Shown here: piece by piece, positions 53,134 through 64,000 of the stretch
Position numbering within the stretch: the first letter of the stretch is position 1
Layout: each line of letters starts with the position of its first letter
Assembly: GCF_001194135.2 (NCBI RefSeq)
Contig: NC_068989.1
Location: forward strand, 56,861,133-56,925,132
Length of the DNA stretch: 64,000 nucleotides
Source of the DNA: Octopus bimaculoides
Lineage: Eukaryota
Reading direction: 5' to 3'
Made by a program: the position numbers and the translations under genes
Notes under the pieces: generated by a model
Databases searched by the model: none
What the model was told of the DNA's origin: nothing
The model's input: only the letters and a program-made list of their open reading frames with translations

Positions 53134-53310
53134 CAACAGAGGTGTCATCTACGAACAGAATAGGATCGAAGGAGTACAAGAAAAAATGAGCTGCGCAAGT
53201 CCAGAGCCAACTTCTTGCCTTCATTTTCAGCACACCACCTGTACCCGATCTGCGGCAGAAACTTCCCAGCTATAGCCGTACACACCATAATCCATCTTCT
53301 CCCATGTGAT
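53134..53310 (+). mobile_element. 3' fragment of an RTE (BovB-like) LINE ORF
   Basis: YEQNRIEGVQE / ELRKSRANFLPSFSAHHLYPICGRNF resembles the RTE C-terminus (YEQ.RI...K..LRK.RA...CP.C.R.F). Confidence 0.6.
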
Positions 53311-53372
53311 GTCCTTTATATTTCTAATGTTTTATCTATCTATCTATATATACGTGTAGTGTAACGTAGTTA

Positions 53373-53518
53373 CTCGTCGCCAATTGTAGTATCGCTACTA
53401 TTCATGACGATACTTGTTTACACTATAACCATAGAGTAACAATAAAATATATAAGGAAGCAGAGTAACAACAACGTAACAATCCAACAAACTCTCTACGA
53501 ACTATACACGAACCAACA
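53373..53518 (-). mobile_element. Partial second LTR plus primer-binding site
   Basis: 53385-53518 is a direct repeat of 54472-54605; on the minus strand it is followed by AT-TGGCGACGAG (53373-53382). Confidence 0.8.
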
Positions 53519-53599
53519 AACGTGAAATTTTTGATGTTTTTCTTAACGTAGGTTTCCCAAATCTTATCCACATGTCGGTATTAATAATAGAGATGTCGC

Positions 53600-54300
53600 T
53601 CCCAGTATCTAGCTGTTTTTTAATATTCACTTAATTTTACATGTACAAATTTCCTCTTTTTTGTGTCGCTTCTAATGTACGTTGAGAAAACTTCAGAATT
53701 TTTCATGTTCGACCTTCCTAACTTTGCTCTGCGATGTGAGCTCTTGTGTCCTACTTTTTGGCAACTGTAACATTTTTGCATTTTGAAACAACAATCCTTT
53801 CTGAAATGTAGGGCTCCATATTGGTAGCATGAGTTTGGTCTTAACATTTTTCTTTTGTTTATATCCCCTTGTACAAAAAAAAAGGAGGCACTTAAACGTA
53901 TCGGGATTAGTTCCTTCAGTTTAAACCTTTACGGTCCCGGCATACGTGACAAAATCTTCCTTTCTTTTAACTAGATTTCAACACTCCCATCGAGTGTTAA
54001 ATAGGTAATATTTTTGATAGTAGTTCGACTGTTTTCTGGAAACAAATTTCACTATTTTTTTGGTAGTATGAAATAATATTTTTCATGTTCAGCCGGCGCT
54101 AATTTATGTAATAATAGTCTTACCTTTTCGTTGTCCGTCCACGACTTGCAATATTCCATGAAGAATTCTTCGTACCTTGTTAAAGTACGCTGCAAACGTT
54201 ATACCCTCTTCTAGGTCATAAGTGAATTCTGTTATAGAGTTCGATACGCCATCTGGCGAAAACGAAATTACAGTGTTTCTTAAGACATAGTTCCATTAAT
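53600..54300 (-). mobile_element. Decayed Ty3/Gypsy gag with zinc knuckles and start of protease
   Basis: FSPDGVSNSITEFTYDLEEGITFAAYF...KVRLLLHKLAPAEHEKY; CYQYGALHFRKDC...KCYSCQKVGHKSSH; KRKFVHVK. Confidence 0.85.
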
Positions 54301-54663
54301 TGTTGTTGTTTTTCTTGTTGCTGAAGTCGTTTCTGCAACTCCTGCTGCTGTTCTTGCAACAGTTTTGCAACTGTATTATAGAAGCTAATAGGTCTTCCAT
54401 CATTAACAGCTTTGTATCACAAAAATTTGTTAACTGACCTGCGTGAGTTTCAAATGCTCATCGCCAATTATTGTAGTATCTCCACTATTCATGACGATAC
54501 TTGTTTACACCAATACCATATAGTAACAATAAAATATATAACGAAGCAGAGTAACAACAACGTAATAATCCAACAAACACTTCACAAACTATACACGAAC
54601 CAACATACAATATTCCGACAAACTGCCAAAACGACACCCCACGACTTCCTGCGATCGACTCTA

Positions 54664-56338
54664 ATTTCTTTATTTGGCACATGCGACCACAACACAGAGG
54701 AGGACACTACAAGGATAGACGCAACAATACAGCACGTGGGGTACAAAGAAAGAATGATGAATGAAATGAATTACTTGCAATGAGGTGATGAAATGGCATA
54801 CGAGTCCCCCAAAACTCGCAGTTTCATTTTACAGTTCTCTCATACAGTTAATGATCGTTTTTTCCCTTTAACAATTGTAAGTGGCCACAGCTCCTCTGCC
54901 GTTACTACACTTGGCAGGATGTCGTAGCCCACGTATAATCAACTTATTTGAAACTTGTCCGGGTGTATCTGTTGCAGTCTATGCATCACATGCTCTTCTA
55001 CCAATATGGCTTTCTTTTTTTCTTCAAACGTTTCAGGGTCCAGTTTAAGTCTTACTAATCCTTTTATTCTTGCAATCATCTTTTCCAACTCTAAATCCTT
55101 GTCGTAAAAATTCACTGTTCTGATATTTTTATAATCAACTCTTCCAATTACCTTTCCTTCCATCCTTGCTCTTGTCTGCTCGTCTATTATCTTGTTCGAC
55201 CATTTCCTCCGCTTTTCCTTTCTTTTCACTTTTTCGTGCTCTGTATCTTGGGTTCGATTCTCAACTTCGTCTTTTTCGGTTTCCATTTCCTTCTCTGTCT
55301 TTTTTTCCTCCTCTCTTTTTTGGGAGGTTCTTTGGCGGCGATTCAGTCCGCATACGCTTTCTATCTGTTTCTTGAGAAATTTTCTCGCACTCCACAGTTT
55401 CCACCTGCTTTTTCTCAACCTCCTTTTGTACGCCTTCCACCATCTCTTCACAGACCTCTATTTCTTCCACTTGTACTTCTCTGCGGGGGCACACCGCCTG
55501 CATGTGTCCCCTACTTTTACACTTATAACAGATTGGTGGTCTTCCCTCCACCACAACTCTCAGTCGTGCTCCGTCAGGGAGCTCTACCTCCTCTGCTATG
55601 TTGTGTAGATCTGGTAAGGTTATGTGTACGAGTGCATCTATACCAAATCCCCACCAGTTGATCTCTCTCGATTTTTCTACTTTTAAAACCTCCACTTCGT
55701 TGCAGTTATGAATAACGGCTGTAACCAGCCATTTCAGATCTATTTCGGGAGGTGCTCGTCCAATTCTCACACGTGCAGCTCTTCTTCCACAATAGGTAGG
55801 TAAAAGGGCCCACCTAGCCATTCTTAAGGGTACAGTGGAGTGCTTTTTCGCCTCTTCCTCACTCGTAAATCGCACCTCTACCGTACCGAACTTTCTACCA
55901 CGTACGTAGAATGTTGTTAATTGCTTGACGTCGTTTAGGTACTGCTCCAATTCGTCCGTCTCAGCCACTTCTATTTTCTTTGTTTCAACGTTAAGCGTTC
56001 TGTATGTTATTATTTTTCTCTCGGCTCGCTCGAAAACTTCCTTCGGCGGTGTTAATTTTAAAACATCACCTTGCTTCTTGAATAATTTCTTGTATTTCTC
56101 TAATTTTGTTTTATCCACGTGTATCTCTTGCATTTCCATTGCATTGGCAGACAAGTTTCTACTTGTTGCCGCAGCATACGTTGTTTCTTCCATACCCGAT
56201 ATGGGTAGGAAAACAATTTTCAACAATAAATATTAACGATAATATTTACACAACAATTCTTAAAACAATTTCAACAGAACGCAAATCAGACAAACTCATC
56301 GCGTTGAACGCTTTCTTTAACCCAAAATCACAACACCT
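54664..56338 (-). mobile_element. ORF1-only non-autonomous retroposon, copy 3, complete, 1675 bp
   Basis: 14 bp TSD TAGAGTTGATCGCA (56339-56352) / TAGAGTCGATCGCA (54650-54663); one ORF; ends AAATAAAGAAAT; no RT. Confidence 0.88.
54939..56193 (-). pseudogene. ORF1p/Gag-like protein with intact CCHC knuckle; one +1 frameshift near 55320
   Basis: MEETTYAAAT...RGRKFGTVEVRF...LLPTYCG...VRIGRAPP...WWGFG...VVEGRPPICYKCKSRGHMQAVCP; K/E-rich linker; second frame ends ...KKAILVEEHVMHRLQQIHPDKFQIS*. Confidence 0.88.
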
Positions 56339-57314
56339 TGCGATCAACTCTACCTGTCTCTCACTCACATCGCAACTATTTATAGTCATTCGGTCGAATC
56401 TATTGTCGCAGGAGGCGACGTGACGCTCGCCACAACAACATGTATATCTATCTATCTATCTACCGATACGTGCATACATATATGAAGGGAGAGAAAGAGA
56501 TAGGTGTGTGTATTTGTATGTATGTACATATGTATATGTATGTGTGTGTATATATGTATGTATAAGTATATGTATATGTAGTTAGCGCCACCAAGCCAGT
56601 AGTACATGTCTTTCAACTCTGATGCATCTCCCACACAAACAAAGTTTACACCTATCAAACCTACAAATCATTAACTCGATCTCCTGCTTAGTTCCGTTCA
56701 TGGTATGCAAGCAGTCTAGATTCAATATATAAATTGATAATTCTAACATCACGTCGATTCCATGCAATTCCAGTTTCCCTTGATACCATATAATGCTTCT
56801 AGCAAAGGACTATCGAATCTATATATATACACACATATGTGTATTTACTGGCCTTCTTTTTTAGAAATGAATAATATTATTTAAAGTACATCTTTGACTA
56901 GGAGGTATCTACACTCCTACAAAATATCTGGAAGAACTCAAGAAAAAAGAAACTAGTTTTATAAATCGTATGGCCTTAAAATCTCACTACTCCCTAATTG
57001 CAGTCATGCCCTATTGTCTCTTACCTCCCTAAGATGGCATGCTACTTAACATAAACATATTGATAAACTTGTTTGTATTCATATATATATATATATATAT
57101 ATACACATCAGTGTTGTGTGTGTGTGTGTTTGTACGTGTGAATGAATGCTTGTATATATGTTTTTAAGTATATACGAGCATTGCCACTACATTCAGTGTG
57201 GTTAATATATTGATGACGATATAAATTTAATGCTGTATCAGTTGCATATATCAAGTTATATATATGTGTGTGTATGTACTATATTCATATATGCATATGT
57301 ATATTTATACCCCA

Positions 57315-57364
<50 letters not shown>

Positions 57365-58574
57365 TGGGGTATATTTGTCTATGTGCGTGTGCGATTGTTT
57401 GTGCATATATGTGTGTGTATAAGTGTATGTATAAGTGTGCATATCTGTGTGTGTATAAGTGTATGTATATGCGTTTGTGTGTGCGTGTGTGTGTGTGAGT
57501 ATGCGCGCGTGTATGTGCGTGTTAGTGTACAAATAACAAAAACACGTTGACCGTTGTTTCTATCAAATAGACTGTGAAAGATCTGTTTCACATTATAGTC
57601 CAGAGGGAAGGACCTTTTTCAGAGCTTCAGCGAATCATTACCACAGAGTGAACTCCATCAAAGGCTCTCAAGAACCAGGCAGTGAAACAATAACAATGCC
57701 GCTCAAGTGTGGCCTAGTAGTTAGAGTATTGAAAACACGATCGCAAGATCGTAGTTTCGATACCCGGATATGTCATGTCGCTATGTTCTTGATCAAACCA
57801 TATCAATTCACGTTGCTCCAATGCACTCGACAGACTGGCGCCTCGTTCAAGGGCTACGTTGTCATTTCAGTCACTAATACGCCATAGAAGCCAGTTGACC
57901 GGCCACATGAACCCTACAACTTGAGACATTAATATCCAGGGGTTGATGAGGATGACTCAAGTAAGCCAAAATGGGATTTGAACTTAAAACGCAAAACTCA
58001 AAGACGGGAACAAATATCGCAAAAAATCTGGTCCGACATTATAATTTCGTCCCGTCAATCCGTGGCCCTGAATTAGTATTGTTTTACTGACCCTGAAATC
58101 TTTCGGCAAGATTTGAACTTAGTGTTGAGAGTGATGGAACATTTCATCAATTACAGCGAAACATTCTATTCAATGCTCTAACGACTCTACCAATCGCATA
58201 GTTTTGAAATTTTATTAACGTCTCATTCTTTTTTATGAACACCTCCATTGCACCCATACAGTCTCATATTCTTTGATACACTTTCTTGTTTATAAATTTT
58301 TCTTAAGTGTCACCTCTAACACTATCTGGATCACCAACAATGCACATGTTTCCTTTCTGAGTGTAATGTGCAATCACATTTTACGAAAAAATATAATTTG
58401 CATAACTTTCTTGATACAAATTCTTAATTTGAATACAAAATAAATAATAGCGCCATATTTGAATAATGTGGTGGTATTATTTAAAACTGAGCGGATATCA
58501 TATATGTTATAAAATATGTTATAAAATGAGAGTGATGAGAGAGAAATAGAGAGACTTATGAGGAAAGAAAAAGA

Positions 58575-58778
58575 ACCTTTTGTCTTTTACGTGTTTCAGT
58601 CATTAGACTGCGGCCATGCTGGAGCACCACCTTGAAGAACTTTTTAGGCGAATGAATTAACCTCACTACTTCTTTTTAAAGCCTGGTGCTTATTCTATCG
58701 ATATTCTTTGCCGAACCACTAAGTTACGGGGACGTTGACACACCAACACTGGTTTCAAGCGGTGGAGGAGGGACAAAC

Positions 58779-58821
<43 letters not shown>

Positions 58822-59535
58822 NNNNNNNNNNNNNNNNNNNNNNNNNNNNNNNNNNNNNNNNNNNNNNNNNNNNNNNNNNNNNNNNNNNNNNNNNNNNNNN
58901 NNNNNNNNNNNNNNNNNNNNNNNNNNNNNNNNNNNNNNNNNNNNNNNNNNNNNNNNNNNNNNNNNNNNNNNNNNNNNNNNNNNNNNNNNNNNNNNNNNNN
59001 NNNNNNNNNNNNNNNNNNNNNNNNNNNNNNNNNNNNNNNNNNNNNNNNNNNNNNNNNNNNNNNNNNNNNNNNNNNNNNNNNNNNNNNNNNNNNNNNNNNN
59101 NNNNNNNNNNNNNNNNNNNNNNNNNNNNNNNNNNNNNNNNNNNNNNNNNNNNNNNNNNNNNNNNNNNNNNNNNNNNNNNNNNNNNNNNNNNNNNNNNNNN
59201 NNNNNNNNNNNNNNNNNNNNNNNNNNNNNNNNNNNNNNNNNNNNNNNNNNNNNNNNNNNNNNNNNNNNNNNNNNNNNNNNNNNNNNNNNNNNNNNNNNNN
59301 NNNNNNNNNNNNNNNNNNNNNNNNNNNNNNNNNNNNNNNNNNNNNNNNNNNNNNNNNNNNNNNNNNNNNNNNNNNNNNNNNNNNNNNNNNNNNNNNNNAT
59401 ATAAAGGGCTTCTTTTAGTTACCATCTACCAAATATGCTCACAAGGCTTTGGTCGGCCCGAAACTATAGTAGAAGACACTTGCCCCTCGTGCCACTCAGT
59501 GGGACTGAACCTGGAACCGCGTAGCTTGGAAGTTG
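58575..59535 (-). mobile_element. Bipartite SINE: family D head (59400-59535), (TA)n and gap, family C tail (58575-58785)
   Basis: Reverse complement of the 61123-61531 arrangement. Confidence 0.75.
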
Positions 59536-59829
59536 AAATTAATTTCTCAGTTGTGTATAATTTACCTTCAAATTTTCTCACCAAGCTTTATCTGTTAAAG
59601 TCCCATTGGAAGCAATTTCTTGCTAGAATTTCTGTTATCTAATAAAGTATATATAAGTTTTTAGATGAGACAAGGTTTGAAATTTGGATGGCATTCACCC
59701 CTGGCTTTTGTTAGTTATAACATGAGTTCCTAGCCTTGGATGAATGGTAAACTTGGTGCAAAAGTCGTTGATTGACTCATATATATGGTTGAAAAAACAT
59801 TATATAGTTTAAAGATACCACATTATGTA

Positions 59830-61100
59830 ATCCTTTCGTTCTGTTTAAGTCATACTCTACTCCACAATTTCACCTCTATAATCTTTACATAAATTTAATG
59901 AGAAGCTGGTCACTGAAGACAATACTTGAGAATATGTAGTTGATGATAGGTAGATACATTTCATATACGACAAGTATAGAGTGTAAGTACTTCTTGGTTC
60001 CGAGATCAAATTGTGCCAGAAATTTCAACTGTCCGAAGTCATATAAGAGACCAACAATATAGTAATCTCGATACATTTGACTAAAGATATTTGGCATTAT
60101 GCCCGGATAGAAAATCAATATTTCATACATTTTTATGGTACTTCTCCTATACAGCAATAACTATCCCATTAAATATATCAGAATGGCTGGCAACGTGGCA
60201 GATATAAGCATTTTTATTGCAAGAAATGTAAGTAAAAAGATAGTTTCTTAACTTCTGTATTCTTTTTATCTTTCTTGAAGCCAGTGATGAATTTATGACT
60301 TGAAATCTTCTTTCATTTGGTGCACCAATATACTTTCATTCATAGCAGAGTGATCACATTTCTTCCCACTACTTTTAAGATTCTTTTAACACACTTTGTT
60401 TTTCTCTTTTTATACGCGATATTATTTCATTTTTATGAGACAAAGATGGAACAATCAAGTCGTATACACAACATAAAAGCCAACACGAACTATAATTTAT
60501 TTTCCAGAATATCCTCCTGGAAATTATTCTGACAAACATATTAACGCACATTTACAATAGATAGATATTCATATTGTTTTCATGTTGGTTTGTTTTTCAA
60601 ATAAAGTTAATAGAGGAAAAAGATTAGAAGTTATAGTTAAAATATATCAAAAATAAATGGCAGCAAGTCCTGAAAGAATATGTAAGTCATAAATTGGAAT
60701 TAAAATGAATTATTTTTAAAATACGGCTTATTGACAAATCATGTAAACAAGATTGCCTACTAACAAGCTACACGATATATAACGTACAATCACCTATAGA
60801 TCTGTTAATCAACAGTTACAAATCTAAGTCAATGTTCTAAGTGGGAGATCTAAGTTTATTTATAGGTCTGACTGCATTCTAAGGGCCTTCTTTTTCTTCT
60901 TGGTTCTTGTTTTTATAGGAACATTATAAAGCAAGTATAAACTTAGATATGTTTCGGCCAAAATTCGTCCAAGGCATGTCTAACTTAAAAGCAACACCTG
61001 ATAGAATCTTTTAAGCCGGTATTTTAGCCCTTGAAGTATTGAGTTATTTGTTGACTGAGATATATCCAGGTATACGTCGTTCGTATGGAATCCGGGGAAG
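59830..61100 (-). pseudogene. Decayed single-exon GPCR-like gene
   Basis: VYMICQ (TM3 end); YDLIVPSL..NEIISRIK (TM5); EVKK/TIFLLTFLAIKMLISATLPAILIYLMG (TM6); STTYSQVLSSVTSFSLNLCKDYRGE (TM7/H8). Confidence 0.5.
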
Positions 61101-61122
61101 AAATTTATTCAGATATCTTTTG

Positions 61123-61531
61123 AAGGCGCAGTCGTGGCTGTGTGCTAAGAAGCTTGCTTTCCAACCACATGGTTCCGGGTTCATTTCCACTGCGTGGCAC
61201 CTTGGGCAAGTGTCTTTTACTAATGCCTCCGGCCAACCAAAGTTTTGTGAGTGAATTTAGTAGACGGAACCTGAAAGAAACCCGTCGTATATTTATATAT
61301 ATATATAAGATTGTGTGTGTGTGTGTGTGTGTGTTTGTCTCCCCACCATCGCTTGACAACCGGTGCTGGTACGTTTATTTCCCCCGTAACTTAGCGGTTC
61401 GGCCTAAGACACCGATAAAATAAGTACTAGGCTTACAAAGAATAAGTCCTTGGATCGATTTTTTCAACTTTAAGGCGGTGCTCCAGCATGGCCACAGTCA
61501 AATTTTACAAAAACAAGTAAAAGAATAAAAG
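61123..61531 (+). mobile_element. Complete bipartite SINE: tRNA-like D head (61123-61287), (TA)n(TG)n, C tail (61335-61531). D-only copies about 6570-6710 -, 50900-51012 +, 52225-52350 -
   Basis: ggcgcagtcgtggctgtgtgctaagaagcttgctttccaaccacatggttccgggttca...ttgggcaagtgtctt...aaacccgtcg, then microsatellite, then the C module. Confidence 0.85.
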
Positions 61532-61773
61532 CTATGGGATCTTTTTCTTTGATTTTTAAAAAAATTATATTGAATAGAGCAGGACCTGTTGAAGATAAGT
61601 AAGTGAGTTACAATGCGGTTATGTGTAGTGAGCATTGCACAGGTAGCACATGGAACGGGGTCCCAGGTTTGAACGAATTGCAAACTTGATGTTAAGGTCG
61701 TTGAAAGACGCACCTATATATATTGCTGAAAGACGCATCATATAATCTTTTGTTCTATTTAACTAGTACTCTG

Positions 61774-62460
61774 CTCCATAAATTCATCTCTATAATCCTT
61801 ACATAAATATAATGAAAAACTGGATACGGAAGAGAAAACTTGAGAATAGGTAGTTGATTTATGCTAAACCAGACTAACTGATAGAGATCAACTGAAAATT
61901 TGTCCTAAAGGTAAAATTTACAAAACGTTTAAGGTTATATAGAGTTATTTTTACTACATGATGTTCGTATAGAACAGCAGGACAAACCTGAGACTATGGA
62001 ATGCAGTTAGAACTATACTGAAATTGTCGTAGGTAATTTATTAATCAGCTTGTTAACAAGTTTCCTTCTTTACATGATTTGTCAATAAGCCTTATTTTAT
62101 ATTTAATTCACTTTAATTGCTTTTTATGACTAATATAGCTGCCATTTATTTTTGATAGATTTTAATGATAACTTTTAATCTTCTTCTTCAAATAACTTAA
62201 TTTGAAAAACAAATTAAAAAGAAGACAATCTATTGTAAATGCATGTTGATATATTTGTAAGAATGATTTCCAGGAAAATAAATTATAGTTCGTGTTGGCT
62301 TATATGTTGTATATACTACTTGATTATTCCATCCTTGTCACATAAAATAGAAAGAAAGGAACTGAAATCATCGATTCATTCGAAAATGGCGTATCACAAG
62401 GAGAACTATGGAAGGATTATCTTTCATTCTACGGCATTTTCTACAATGTAATCAATTTAG
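61774..62460. pseudogene. Rearranged paralog of the 59830-61100 GPCR-like sequence
   Basis: 61774-61858 is a direct repeat of 59862-59945; about 61950-62350 (+) is the reverse complement of about 60430-60940. Confidence 0.6.
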
Positions 62461-62511
62461 AATATATTTTATAAAAGAAAAGAAAAGCAACACAAAACTC
62501 AAAGACATGAG

Positions 62512-62543
<32 letters not shown>

Positions 62544-62929
62544 GTCTGTCTGTCTATGCATGTATGTTTATCTGCATGCCTTGTTAATATACATGAAATC
62601 ATATATCCAAGATACATGTACTACTAACGGCACCGGAAGAACAAATCTGCTTAATCAAAAGTCGGCTTGAAGCTAATCAGCGGCTATAATATCAAGCGTC
62701 ATCCGACGAAATTACACACCCATGCATTTATGCTTCTCTCACCCAGAAACACCAACAAAAGGAGACTCTAATGTACATAATATATCATTGGTAGTAAATC
62801 AATAATTTCAAAACTAAACTACGTAAACATCTAAAAAATGTTCCCATTAATACACTAATATGCTGAGTTATGAATAAATATGCATACGTGAACATATTCA
62901 TGTTTACTAATCATACATTTGATCATCTT

Positions 62930-63500
62930 GTATGATTAGGTCACGTGGTTAAACCAAAGTGATTCGGAAATTTGCAATAAAGGTGAAATTAACTAGTTTC
63001 GTCTTAAGATTCATCAGGGATCGTTTATCTCTGTCTTACAAGTTACCCAAAATAGTTAGCAGAGAGCTACTTTAAAAAGTGTAAATAAGATTGTATTTGG
63101 GCATAAATAAAGTTGATGATAGAACATATCTGGCTGAAATAGCAGTACTTGCGGTGATATTAAGACTCCATACATTGATTGAGCTGGCTTTATGCCTATT
63201 CAAAATATATATTTAGTAAATAACGGCTTAGCATATTTGATTCAGCTTCCTAAATGGATTGCCAAGCATTTACAGTTGAAGTCTCTTTGCATACTAAAAT
63301 AAGAAAGTGATTTATAAGTTTTCATTATCTATTTCCCGATAAAAATATAAAATGTTGGATTCTATTCATAAAGAAACAATAGCGGTCATTTTTAGAAACT
63401 TATCCGAAACATTCGCTGACGTATGTCAAATACTGGCAGGTATTTGGATGTAAATAGAATAACATTTGGTTTTATTCCATAAATAGTTCTTCCTTAATCA
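62930..63500 (-). pseudogene. Decayed GPCR-like fragment (TM1-TM3)
   Basis: LGNPF..LNQIC*AVIY*IYILNRHKASSINVWSLNITAS resembles TM1 GN, ICL1 and TM2 (SS.NV.L..LA.SD). Confidence 0.35.
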
Positions 63501-64000
63501 ATATAGATTGATAAATAGAGCACAAATTTGTCAAAGGTCATTCACAGTTGTTATTCATTGACAATGGTATTTGGTTCATTTGTAATGAGAATCCAAGTAG
63601 GATGATTTCTTCAAGTATCTGCTAATAGTGATTAGTTAACTAGATTTGCTATTAATGAAATATTCTAGGGAAATAAAAAAAAAACATTACAACAAACAAC
63701 AATCTCAGTAATCTCAATTGACGTGTGACGTCATTGATTGAAGTACTAGCATCACCAATTTTAACTTGACGTAGAGTTTTATGAGAAATCTCACAATAAA
63801 GAATTTTTGGACAGTTGAAGGATTATAATTAATCTCCTGTGACATTCCATGAAAGTCTAAGGAGGTTAACTATTATCGTTTTTGCTCGGAGGTAAAACAG
63901 ATTCTGCTTTATCATTAATTAATCAGAAGTAGAAATAAAAAAAAATTAGCGTCATGCTGGTTATCTTCTTAGACTGGTGAAAACAGTATAGCTAAGCTAA

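Larger units (their letters stand above)
54457..56440 (-). mobile_element. 5' LTR (about 280 bp: 56353-56440 plus 54472-54663) and PBS (54457-54466), split by ORF1-only element copy 3
   Basis: Minus strand TGTTGTTG...TATAAATA...[insertion]...GATACTACA then TGGCGATGAG. TGGCGACGAG is complementary to the tRNA-Ser(GCU) 3' end. Confidence 0.8.

Noticed and set aside
55310-55330. CCCAAAA heptamer at the frame break in ORF1 copy 3, suggesting a programmed -1 frameshift
   Set aside because: The downstream frame is +1, and copy 1 is in one frame here; more likely a homopolymer indel.
38460-56440. gag (53.6-54.3 kb) and pol (38.8-41.1 kb) as one large Gypsy element
   Set aside because: Order and strand fit, but the two LTRs share no sequence.
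6702-57591. ORFs rich in YIYI, CVCV, THTH, HPSI, poly-I/N/L/M/D/E
   Set aside because: They are translations of microsatellites.
62985-63025. Minus-strand CUGAUGA...GAAAC hammerhead-like core
   Set aside because: No stem I pairing and a marginal stem II; lies inside a GPCR-like remnant.

Overview
AT-rich, repeat-dense eukaryotic scaffold with seven N-gaps. The SINE families and microsatellite load look like a cephalopod, probably Octopus (inference from recalled repeat motifs, not a database hit). I cannot support any intact host protein-coding gene, rRNA, tRNA gene or CRISPR array. The window holds: dozens of tRNA-headed SINEs; decayed non-LTR retrotransposons (CR1/L2/Jockey-type RT, two R4/Dong-type RLE elements, RTE and CRE 3' ends); two unrelated Ty3/Gypsy remnants; a Tc1/mariner-type MITE; a Helentron/DINE-like element; a Penelope-type minimal hammerhead motif; and many badly decayed single-exon rhodopsin-class GPCR-like fragments, mostly on the minus strand. 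The best novelty candidate is a family of about 1.5-1.7 kb retroposons encoding only an ORF1/Gag-like protein (RRM-like region, CCHC knuckle, extra C-terminal domain) and no RT. Three diverged copies are present (32.6-34.15 kb, 34.17-35.15 kb, 54.66-56.34 kb). Two are complete units with 13-14 bp target-site duplications, and their 3' termini are homologous to the tail of a local SINE.
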